A stretch of DNA of 64,000 bases. It comes from Eubacteriales bacterium (lineage in GTDB: Bacteria > Bacillota > Clostridia > Christensenellales > CAG-138). The stretch lies in NCBI GenBank assembly GCA_021373115.1, contig JAJFTI010000002.1:25868-89867 (forward strand). The letters are read 5' to 3'. Position numbers and translations under genes: made by a program. The notes beneath the pieces are model-generated. The model was not told where the DNA came from, made no database searches, and saw nothing but the letters and a program-made list of their open reading frames with translations. Numbering within the stretch: the stretch's first letter is position 1; the number at the start of each line of letters is the position of its first letter. This document shows positions 37,093 through 45,168 of the stretch, piece by piece.

Positions 37093-37113
37093 CAAACCAT
37101 GAGCATTTTTTTG

Positions 37114-37142
37114 TTGACAACATGTGACCGGCATTGTAAGAT
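37114..37142 (+). promoter_or_regulatory. Promoter of the methyltransferase operon
   Basis: TTGACA, 17 nt, TAAGAT. Leaves a leader of about 240 nt before ATG 37391. Confidence 0.5.
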
Positions 37143-37390
37143 GATACCGATTCGAGAAAACACTCACAATCGGACATCAATCAAGTTCTCACACGAAGTT
37201 CTCGTTCAAAGCCACGCCAATAATATTTGCCAAAATACACGGATTACACTGCGTTCAAAACTAATACGGATTCCTTTGCGAAACAATGCTTAAAGACGCT
37301 TCAGCGAAACGCTGAGAGGCAAGGTCTGGTCGAAACCATTTGGGATAAAGGCTACAGCCCTGCTTGATAACGATATTTGGAGGATTATGT

Positions 37391-38740
37391 ATGACGGGAA
37401 AGGAACTGGTCATAGCCGCGTTTCAGCATGCCGATACCCCGAGGGCGCCCTGGGTGCCGTTTGCGGGGATCCATGCCGGCAAACTGAAAGGGTATAACGC
37501 ACAGGAGCTTTTGACCGATGGAGAAAAGCTGGTCGAGTCCCTGCGGGAAGTGCATCGGCTGTATGTGCCCGACGGCATGCCGATTGTGTTTGACCTGCAG
37601 TTGGAAGCCGAGATTCTTGGCTGCGATCTCATGTGGTCCGAAAACAACCCGCCTTCCGTGACCAGCCACCCGCTGGCAAATCAGGACGAAATGCCGGATA
37701 AATTCGTCGAGAAAACGGACGGGCGCGTGCCTTTGATTCTGGACGCCTGCCGGAAAATGAAAGCAGAATTCGGAGACAAAACGGCTTTATACGGATTATT
37801 CTGCGGGCCGTTCACGCTGGCGTCCCACCTCGCGGGCACCAGGCTGTTCAAGGACATGAAGAAAAATCCGGAATACGTTCACAAAATCATGGATTACTGC
37901 ACGAAGAACGCGCTTCGGATGATCGACTATTACGCAGAGACCGGAATGGATATCGTCGCGCCGGTTGATCCGCTGGTAAGCCAGATCAGCCCCAAAGCAT
38001 TCGAGGAATATTTAGCGGGACCATATTCGGAATTATTCAAGCATATCCGCGAAAAGGGATTACATTCCAGCTTCTTTGTCTGCGGCAACGCGCTGCCCAA
38101 TATTGAGAACATGTGCAAGACCAATCCGGACGGGATTTCGATTGACGAGAACATACCGATGGCGACGGCAAAAGAAATCACCGACCGCTACAATCTGGCG
38201 ATCGGCGGCAATATTCCGCTGACCACCACGATGCTTTTCGGCAATCAGCAGGACAACATGAAGTTTGTGGTGGATATGGTTGGCAGCGTTGCGCGCAAAA
38301 ACCTGATCGTTTCGCCCGGCTGCGACATGCCGTATGATGTGCCGCTGGAGAATGTCATTGCGGTGGCGGAAGCGGTGCGGGACATCGATAAATACCGCGA
38401 ACTGCTGAAGAATTACGAGAGCGCCGGAGTTGGAGCCGATGTGGAACTGCCGGACTATGCGAACGCGGTTCGGCCGTATGTGGAGGCCTATACCCTGGAC
38501 AGCGCCAGCTGCGCTGCCTGTACCTATATGTGGGCCGTCGTGAACGACGCCAAGGATCACTTCGGAGACAGAATCGAAATTGCGGAGTATAAGTATACAA
38601 CCAAGGACGGCATTGCGCGCAGCAAAAAGTTGGGGGTTGCGAATCTGCCCAGCGTTTATATCAACGGAGAGCTGGCCTATGCGTCCGTCATCCCCAACCA
38701 GGAAGAATTCTTCAGGAAAATTGAAAGCTACATAAAATAG
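37391..38740 (+). CDS. URO-D/MtaA-MtbA family methyltransferase fused to a C-terminal thioredoxin-like (CxxC) domain
   Basis: The N-terminal ~360 aa resemble uroporphyrinogen-decarboxylase-family corrinoid methyltransferases (..PWVPFAGIHAGKL.., ..FFVCGNA.., ..VSPGCDMPYDVP..). The C-terminal ~90 aa carry CAAC and ..LPSVYINGELAYASVIPNQEEF... GGAGG lies 7 nt before ATG 37391. Confidence 0.75.
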   Translation: MTGKELVIAAFQHADTPRAPWVPFAGIHAGKLKGYNAQELLTDGEKLVESLREVHRLYVPDGMPIVFDLQLEAEILGCDLMWSENNPPSVTSHPLANQDEMPDKFVEKTDGRVPLILDACRKMKAEFGDKTALYGLFCGPFTLASHLAGTRLFKDMKKNPEYVHKIMDYCTKNALRMIDYYAETGMDIVAPVDPLVSQISPKAFEEYLAGPYSELFKHIREKGLHSSFFVCGNALPNIENMCKTNPDGISIDENIPMATAKEITDRYNLAIGGNIPLTTTMLFGNQQDNMKFVVDMVGSVARKNLIVSPGCDMPYDVPLENVIAVAEAVRDIDKYRELLKNYESAGVGADVELPDYANAVRPYVEAYTLDSASCAACTYMWAVVNDAKDHFGDRIEIAEYKYTTKDGIARSKKLGVANLPSVYINGELAYASVIPNQEEFFRKIESYIK

Positions 38741-38821
38741 CGGATTCATCCAACGTACAAAAGATAACTTTTCGAAATGAATCAGGCAGGGGCCTATAAT
38801 AACTTAAGGAGCGAAAATGGT

Positions 38822-39520
38822 ATGGCGAAAGAAGAAATCCTGAAACGAATTGCGAAACTCGTTGCGGAAGGCGACGAGGAGGAAGCAGTTCAAGCGGTCA
38901 AGGAAGGCTTTGCCGCAGGGCTGGATCCCCTTGTGATCCTGAACGAAGGCGCGGCCAAGGGCATGGACATCGTTAGCGAGCAGTATTCTGCCGGTGAAGC
39001 TTATTTACCGGAACTGGTACTCTCGGGAGACACGATGAGCGCGGTGATCGAAGTGATTTTTGCAAACATGAGCAAGGAACAGGCGGCGGCCTCCAAACAG
39101 GGTGTAATCGTCATTGGCCAGGCAAAGGGCGACGTGCATGATATCGGCAAAAACGTTGTCGCAGCACTGCTGTCGGTCAACGGCTTTGAAGTACACGATT
39201 TGGGAATTGACGTGACAGTGAAGTCTTTCTATGACAAAGCGCAGGAAGTTGGGGCGGATATTGTTGCCATTTCCACACTTTTAACGACGTCTTTGCCGTA
39301 CCTGGAGGATACCGCGCGGTATCTGACGGATACCAATACGCGGAATAAATATCAGCTTATCGTCGGCGGCGGCCCCGTCACGCCGGAATTCGCGAAAAAG
39401 ATTGGTGCGGACGGCTGGGCACGCAACGCGTTTGACTGTGTTGAACTGTGCCGGAAGCTGGTTGCGAAGGGAAATCCCGGCGCGGGCTCCACGATGATCG
39501 TAGATTCCGAAGCGGTTTAA
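38822..39520 (+). CDS. Cobalamin-binding corrinoid protein (methyltransferase cognate)
   Basis: Helical cap domain (..YSAGEAYLPELVLSGDTM..) and B12-binding domain with DxHxxG (GDVHDIGKN), AISTLLTTS and IVGGGPVT. Confidence 0.9.
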   Translation: MAKEEILKRIAKLVAEGDEEEAVQAVKEGFAAGLDPLVILNEGAAKGMDIVSEQYSAGEAYLPELVLSGDTMSAVIEVIFANMSKEQAAASKQGVIVIGQAKGDVHDIGKNVVAALLSVNGFEVHDLGIDVTVKSFYDKAQEVGADIVAISTLLTTSLPYLEDTARYLTDTNTRNKYQLIVGGGPVTPEFAKKIGADGWARNAFDCVELCRKLVAKGNPGAGSTMIVDSEAV

Positions 39521-39531
39521 GGAGAGAGACA

Positions 39532-40977
39532 ATGTATAACTATAAAGTACAAAGATTGCTCAACAACCTGGATAAGGCCTACATCGGGCCGGTTCTGCCC
39601 ATGAAGGAATGGGACACAAAGATCATACCCCAAACCATTAAAGCCATCCTGAAAAAGCATGGACTGATGGGAACGCTGGATATGGAGAACCCCATCAACT
39701 GCGATGACGATCTGGCGGATGCGTTCTTCAAGGCCGGCTGGGAACTGGCGCTTGAGCTGGGCATGTACTGCGAAGATACGGAGCGCGTCATCAAGATTAC
39801 CGAAGACGAATTGCTGGAGTGCATCCGGGACTATCAAGCGGTCAATATCCTTGGCGAAGGACAGGATCAGGTCATCATGAAGCCGCGCCGTCCGGAAGAT
39901 CCCTATCAGCCGCTCGTTGCGGCGAGTCTGGGAATCGTATGCTCGGAAGAAAACTATCTCCCCTTGGTGCAGGGGATCGTCAAGTATCCAAAGCTGGTGG
40001 ACGTCCTGCACGGACCGACGCTGGCAACGGTATTCGGACGGACGTTCCGCTCGGGCACGCCGTACGAAACACTGATGGGAAACTATGAGTCGCACCTGAA
40101 GAAGGAAGCGCTGTGGCGCGCGGGTCGTCCCGGAATGGCCTGCACGGGCGTTGCGGGCGCGGTTACGGAATACGGCCATTTGGGCGGCGCGCCGGAGCTG
40201 GCGGGACGCGGAAACGTTACGATGTCCCTTTGCCCGGTTGAGCTCAAGTGCACGTTCTCCAACTTCCATCGAATCATGCAGGGCCTGAACTACGGGCATA
40301 AGCTGCGTGTTGGCGCGTTCTCCTATATTGGCGGTTATGCGGGTCCTGCGGAAGGCGCGGCGCTTGCCTGCGTTGCAAACGACCTTCTGATTCCGACGAT
40401 TCTGCAGAGCGACTATACGAGCTCCTATGTGTATGACATTCAGCTCTTTGGCAACTGCGGCCGCAAGGCTGTTTGGGCCAACAGCGTTTCGATTCAGGCC
40501 ATCAGCCGGAATACGGGATTCATGCGCAACAAGATCGTAAACGAGACGGGTGGTCCGTGCACGGAGATGTTCATGTACGAAGCGGCGGTGGGACTGATGA
40601 ACCACAGCGTATCCGGCGCAAGCAAAACGACGCAGCCGCGCAGCGCGGGCGGACGGTATACGGATTACATTACGCCGGTCGAGTGCTGGTGGAGCGGCGA
40701 TGTGTTCAAGTCCTGTGCCGGTATGACACGCAAGGACGCGAACGAGATCGCGAAAAAGATACTGCCGAAGTACGAAGAGAAACTCGGCGCACCTGACAAA
40801 GGCCTGCCCATCAGCGAATGCTTTGACCTTGTGAAGCAGCAGCCGAAGGACAACTACATTGAGCTGTTCAACCGCGTGCGCAATGAACTCATCGACCTCG
40901 GCATGCCGCTGGATAAGGCTTTTGGCGAAACCTACATGGGAAAAGTCTCCAACGGACGCAGGACGATCGTTCTGTAA
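39532..40977 (+). CDS. Monomethylamine methyltransferase (MtmB) family homologue lacking pyrrolysine
   Basis: By-eye alignment to remembered M. barkeri MtmB: KAGWELALELGMYCEDTERVIKITEDEL, AGRPGM, GGYAGP, GGPCTEMFMYEAA and the C-terminal ECFDL..LIDLGMPL. ORF is uninterrupted with no in-frame TAG. AAGGAG lies 7 nt before ATG 39532. Confidence 0.75.
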   Translation: MYNYKVQRLLNNLDKAYIGPVLPMKEWDTKIIPQTIKAILKKHGLMGTLDMENPINCDDDLADAFFKAGWELALELGMYCEDTERVIKITEDELLECIRDYQAVNILGEGQDQVIMKPRRPEDPYQPLVAASLGIVCSEENYLPLVQGIVKYPKLVDVLHGPTLATVFGRTFRSGTPYETLMGNYESHLKKEALWRAGRPGMACTGVAGAVTEYGHLGGAPELAGRGNVTMSLCPVELKCTFSNFHRIMQGLNYGHKLRVGAFSYIGGYAGPAEGAALACVANDLLIPTILQSDYTSSYVYDIQLFGNCGRKAVWANSVSIQAISRNTGFMRNKIVNETGGPCTEMFMYEAAVGLMNHSVSGASKTTQPRSAGGRYTDYITPVECWWSGDVFKSCAGMTRKDANEIAKKILPKYEEKLGAPDKGLPISECFDLVKQQPKDNYIELFNRVRNELIDLGMPLDKAFGETYMGKVSNGRRTIVL

Positions 40978-41010
40978 AAACCGCTCACCGAGTCTTGAAA
41001 ACAAAACAGA

Positions 41011-41038
41011 GCAGCCGGGACCGTATGGTCCCGGCTGC
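41011..41038 (+). promoter_or_regulatory. Strong intercistronic stem-loop
   Basis: Perfect 12-bp GC-rich stem GCAGCCGGGACC/GGTCCCGGCTGC with loop GTAT and no U-tract. Confidence 0.6.
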
Positions 41039-41068
41039 CAGCCCGGATAAAACGGAAAGCGCAGCAAA

Positions 41069-42208
41069 ATGGAGCAGGCAGCCCCCATCCGGCTCTACCT
41101 GATTAACGGGTTCTTAGGGTCCGGGAAAACTACATTTATGCGAGCATTGATCGATTCGTTCCAAGGCACGCGCTTGGGTGTGCTGGTGAACGAATTTGGA
41201 AGCATTGGGATCGATGGCACGCTGGTTCAAAAAGAAGGCATCCGTTTGGTTGAAGTCAATCGCGGGTCCATCTTTTGTGCCTGCATTAAAGACGGGTTTA
41301 TTCGTACGCTGAAGGCGTTTTCGCAGCAGCCGATTGACACGCTTCTCATCGAGAGTTCGGGAATGGCCGATCCGGCCGGTATGGCGAAGATTCTGGAAGG
41401 GCTGGCAAGCCATCTCGACCGGAAATTCCAATACGCAGGCAGCATATGCCTTGTGGACTGCACCAGCTTTGCGGATTATGCGGATATTCTGATGCCGCTC
41501 CAGAATCAAGTTGCCAGCGCAGATTTCATCATCGTCAACAAGCTGGACCTTGTGAACGCGGAACAACTGGAAGAGGTTCACAAACTCATACGCCATTTCA
41601 ATTCGGATGCGCCCGTTTACGACACGGCATATGCGCAAGTCCCCCAGTCTGTTCTGCAAAACGACCTGAGAAACCGCGGGTATATCGGGGAAGGGACAAA
41701 TGCGCCGTATAACCGTCCGAACACATACACCCTGCTGTCGGACGCGAAATTGACCGAGGAGCAGCTGCGCCGGTTTTGCGAACTGCTTTCGGGAAAAGTT
41801 TTCCGGTATAAAGGGTTTTTACGCAGCACCGAAAAGGGATTTTGGCATGTGGAGGGAGTAGGAGAACACTACTCGATCGAACCGGCATCGTTCCGCGACG
41901 GCGTACCCCCGCAGAACGGCCGTATTGTATGCATTGCATTTGACAACAGCCGCATTGCTGCGGAGGTGGAATCGGCATGGTCTGCATCCGTTCCGGAATA
42001 CGCGCAGAAGAAAACAACCCTGGAACAAGCGGCACCGATGGTTAAAAAACCCGGTATAACCGCTTCCGTAAAGCTGCGCACCAATGCTGTTCCACAAAGA
42101 AACGCTTGCCCGCCACGTCTGAGGGCGCCTCGTGACGAATCACGGACAGCGGCCTGCGGCGGTTCCGGCCATGACCGCGCAATGGACAAAGACGAAAAAC
42201 CAGGCTGA
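41069..42208 (+). CDS. CobW/COG0523 (G3E family) GTPase metallochaperone-like protein
   Basis: P-loop GFLGSGKTT, ESSGMADP, VNKLD and a CobW_C-like domain (..KGFLRSTEKGFWHVEGVGEHYSIEP..). Ends in an unusual tail of about 65 aa. Confidence 0.8.
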   Translation: MEQAAPIRLYLINGFLGSGKTTFMRALIDSFQGTRLGVLVNEFGSIGIDGTLVQKEGIRLVEVNRGSIFCACIKDGFIRTLKAFSQQPIDTLLIESSGMADPAGMAKILEGLASHLDRKFQYAGSICLVDCTSFADYADILMPLQNQVASADFIIVNKLDLVNAEQLEEVHKLIRHFNSDAPVYDTAYAQVPQSVLQNDLRNRGYIGEGTNAPYNRPNTYTLLSDAKLTEEQLRRFCELLSGKVFRYKGFLRSTEKGFWHVEGVGEHYSIEPASFRDGVPPQNGRIVCIAFDNSRIAAEVESAWSASVPEYAQKKTTLEQAAPMVKKPGITASVKLRTNAVPQRNACPPRLRAPRDESRTAACGGSGHDRAMDKDEKPG

Positions 42209-42517
42209 GACGGCATCCGTGCGGAACCAAGCTGCTTTGCGAAACACGCAAGGTGCGCAATTCGGGTTCCGTGCCCCGCCGGACAAAGCGTTTTGATAAA
42301 GCGATATCGGTATAGTTACGAATGTATAAAGGAAGATCGCTCCACAGGATCGCTCGTTGTAACCTGAAAATTGAATAGTATGCCGGGGTTCAATCTCCGG
42401 TTTCCCCAAAATGCTATGACTCTGAAGCGCCTGATGGGGAAGGCGCCCCTCGAATTTGGTAACACGACGTAGAGACCCAGCGAGATGGTATTTACGGAGG
42501 CAGGAGGAAGCATCATA

Positions 42518-44080
42518 ATGACACAGCCAATTCTCGAAATGCGAGGCATTACCAAACGGTTCCCGGGCGTGGTCGCGAACGATCACGTGGATCTTACGCT
42601 CTATCCTGGCGAAATTCACGCGCTTCTTGGCGAAAACGGCGCCGGGAAAAGCACGCTGATGAATGTGCTCACCGGCATTTATGCGCCGAACGAGGGACAT
42701 ATTCGTTTTAAGGGTCAACCGGTCGATTTAAAAAGCCCGAAAAGCGCGGTTGATCTGGGCATCGGAATGGTGCACCAGCACTTCAAACTGATAGAACCGC
42801 TTACCGTGGCGGAAAACGTATTTCTGTACTCTGGGCGTTGCAAAGCGATGCTCAACACCAGAGACATGAATCAATGCATCAAAGAATGCTCTGAAAACCT
42901 AAATCTAAAAGTAGACCCCAACGCAAAAATATGGCAGCTTTCCGTGGGCGAACAGCAGCGCGTTGAAATTATCAAGCTTCTGTTCTGCGGCGCTGAGCTG
43001 ATGATTCTGGACGAGCCTACCGCTGTGCTCACCCCGCAGGAAACGGTGGAACTTTTCAAAACCCTGCGCAAAATGGCGGATCAGGGCAAATCCGTTCTAT
43101 TCATCACCCATAAACTTTATGAGGTGATGACGTTCGCAGACCGCATCACCGTATTACGCAACGGACGCTCCGTCGATCATATGCTGACCAAAGATACAAC
43201 ACGCCAGAAACTCACCAATCTGATGGTGGGCAGGGACGTGTTAAAAGTCGTGCCGGAACGTGACACGGCCAAGAGCACGCGGGAAGTGTTGCGGCTGGAA
43301 AATATCTGTGCCATGTGCGACAAGGGCGTGCCCGCACTTAACGGCCTCAGCCTGACCATCTACGGAGGCGAAATACTGGGAATCGCGGGCGTAGCCGGCA
43401 ACGGGCAGCGCGAGCTGTCCGAGGTAATCGCCGGGTTGCGCCGCGTTACCGGCGGAAAGATGTTTTTAAACGGGAAAGAGGTAACAAACCTATCTTCCCG
43501 GGACAGCATCAAGAAGGGGATCGCCTTCGTGCCGGAAGACCGTATGGGAATGGGCCTGGTAGCCAACCTTGATATGGTAGACAATGCCATGCTGCGTGAT
43601 TATGACGTGCCGCCCATCAATCGAAAAGGCATCCTGAATAAAAAAGAAGCAATTCGCCGCACGGAATCATTTGTGAAGGCGCACGATATTAAAAACGCAG
43701 GCATCAAAAAACCCGTACGTCTGATGTCCGGCGGCAACTTGCAGAAGCTGCTCATCGCGCGGGAAATCCATGGCAATCCCGACGTGGTGGTTGCGGCCTA
43801 TCCGGTGCATGGGTTGGATATTGGCGCAACCGAGACGATCCATAAAGTGCTCATGGAGCAGCGCGCGCGGGGAGCGGCCATACTGCTGATTTCCGAGGAT
43901 CTGGAGGAGCTGTTCGAACTTTCCGACCGGGTTGCGGCGCTCTATGAAGGCGAGGTTATGGGCATTATACCCATTGAGAAGGTTACCGAGGAAATGTACA
44001 CGCGGGTAGGCAGCTTGATGCTCGGCGACAGGGAAGAAAGCGCTGCCAAAGAACAAACGGGAGGTATGGCGGAGGCATGA
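42518..44080 (+). CDS. ABC transporter ATP-binding protein, duplicated NBD (BMP/nucleoside-type system)
   Basis: Walker A GENGAGKST, signatures LSVGEQQR and MSGGNLQK. GGAGGAAG RBS before ATG 42518. Confidence 0.9.
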   Translation: MTQPILEMRGITKRFPGVVANDHVDLTLYPGEIHALLGENGAGKSTLMNVLTGIYAPNEGHIRFKGQPVDLKSPKSAVDLGIGMVHQHFKLIEPLTVAENVFLYSGRCKAMLNTRDMNQCIKECSENLNLKVDPNAKIWQLSVGEQQRVEIIKLLFCGAELMILDEPTAVLTPQETVELFKTLRKMADQGKSVLFITHKLYEVMTFADRITVLRNGRSVDHMLTKDTTRQKLTNLMVGRDVLKVVPERDTAKSTREVLRLENICAMCDKGVPALNGLSLTIYGGEILGIAGVAGNGQRELSEVIAGLRRVTGGKMFLNGKEVTNLSSRDSIKKGIAFVPEDRMGMGLVANLDMVDNAMLRDYDVPPINRKGILNKKEAIRRTESFVKAHDIKNAGIKKPVRLMSGGNLQKLLIAREIHGNPDVVVAAYPVHGLDIGATETIHKVLMEQRARGAAILLISEDLEELFELSDRVAALYEGEVMGIIPIEKVTEEMYTRVGSLMLGDREESAAKEQTGGMAEA

Positions 44081-45168
44081 AAATCCGATTTGAAAAACGT
44101 GAAAAACTACACCCGGTTTGGAAATTGCTCAACCCTGTAATATGCATCGTTCTGGCGCTTCTGGCCTGTTCGTTTCTGGTGATCGCAATTGGCAAGGATC
44201 CTGTTGCGGCATACGGCAAGCTATTCAGCGGCGGGTTCGGGTCCGCAAAGAAGCTGTCTGAAAGCATACTGCAGGCCATCCCGCTTATGTTCTGCGCGCT
44301 GGGCGTTTCCATTTCGTTTAAAATGTCGATCAACAACATCGGCGCGGAAGGGCAATACGTGATGGGGGCGATGGCGGCCACAGGCGTGGCGCTGTTCTGT
44401 CCCTGGATTCCGCATGCGCTGGTGATACCGGCAATGATCATAGCCGGGTTTGCTGCGGGCGCCTTGTGGGCCATGCTGGCGGTGATTCCAAAAGCGTTCT
44501 GGAATGTGAACGAAACCATCATTACGCTGATGTTCAACTATGTGGCGCTGCTGTTTGTGGACTTTCTCCTCTTTGGCGCCTGGCGGGATACATCGTTGAA
44601 CCTGAACTATTCGCCGGCTTATCCGGAATACGCCATGTTGCCCAAGGTATTTGGAACGCGCATCAATTCGGCCATCTATATCGCAATTATTGCAGCCGTC
44701 TGTATTTATCTATTCTTCGATAAAACAACCCGCGGTTACCAGATCCGCGTGATCGGATCCTCGGTGCGAGCGGCGAGTTATGCGGGCATGAATATTCGGA
44801 CGAATATCCTCATCGTCATGCTGTTCTCAGGCGGCCTCGCAGGGCTTGCGGGCGTGGCGCAAGCCAGCGGCGCGGTCGGCAGGTTGCAGCAAAACTTTGC
44901 CAACGGCACCGGTTATACGGCCATAATTGTTGCTTACTTATCCAAGTTCAATCCCTTTACGGTACTGATCGTCTCAATTCTGTTCAGCGGTCTTTCCTAT
45001 GGCAGCGTAGCCACGCAGCTGGTCGGCGTACCGGACCAAGTGGGCGTGGTGATTCAGGGCGCCATTCTGATTTTTGTGCTCGGTGGCGAGATATTCTCGC
45101 GTAATCGGCTGATTATTACACGGAGAGAGAAAGAAACAGCTCTCGCGAAGAAAGGAGCGACCAAATAA
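44077..45168 (+). CDS. ABC transporter permease
   Basis: Polytopic. Its start overlaps the ATPase stop (ATGA). Confidence 0.85.
   Translation: MKIRFEKREKLHPVWKLLNPVICIVLALLACSFLVIAIGKDPVAAYGKLFSGGFGSAKKLSESILQAIPLMFCALGVSISFKMSINNIGAEGQYVMGAMAATGVALFCPWIPHALVIPAMIIAGFAAGALWAMLAVIPKAFWNVNETIITLMFNYVALLFVDFLLFGAWRDTSLNLNYSPAYPEYAMLPKVFGTRINSAIYIAIIAAVCIYLFFDKTTRGYQIRVIGSSVRAASYAGMNIRTNILIVMLFSGGLAGLAGVAQASGAVGRLQQNFANGTGYTAIIVAYLSKFNPFTVLIVSILFSGLSYGSVATQLVGVPDQVGVVIQGAILIFVLGGEIFSRNRLIITRREKETALAKKGATK

Noticed and set aside
37143-37390. Cobalamin riboswitch in the ~240-nt leader of the methyltransferase operon
   Set aside because: I looked for the B12-box-like core (..AGYCMGG.GACC.GCC..) and the usual GC-rich multi-stem pattern and could not find them by eye. 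Only a small hairpin (TCAGCG-aaa-CGCTGA, about 37301-37316) is evident. An Infernal scan would be decisive.
39517-41088. 523-aa minus-strand ORF opposite the MtmB-like gene
   Set aside because: It is exactly antisense to a gene with strong family-level similarity. It has an Arg-rich low-complexity composition and no RBS.
42209-42517. Classification of the ABC-operon leader as a guanine/adenine riboswitch
   Set aside because: The conserved junction and loop sequences of the purine riboswitch (..UAUAAU..GGAUAUGGC..GUUUCUACC..CCGUAAAU..GACUAUG..) do not line up. Only superficial TATAA and AGTATG similarities exist. It is reported as an unclassified candidate instead.
42140-42718. 192-aa minus-strand ORF across the 42.2-42.5 kb leader
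   Set aside because: It overlaps the 3' end of the GTPase gene and the 5' end of the ABC ATPase gene on the opposite strand. No RBS and no recognisable domain.
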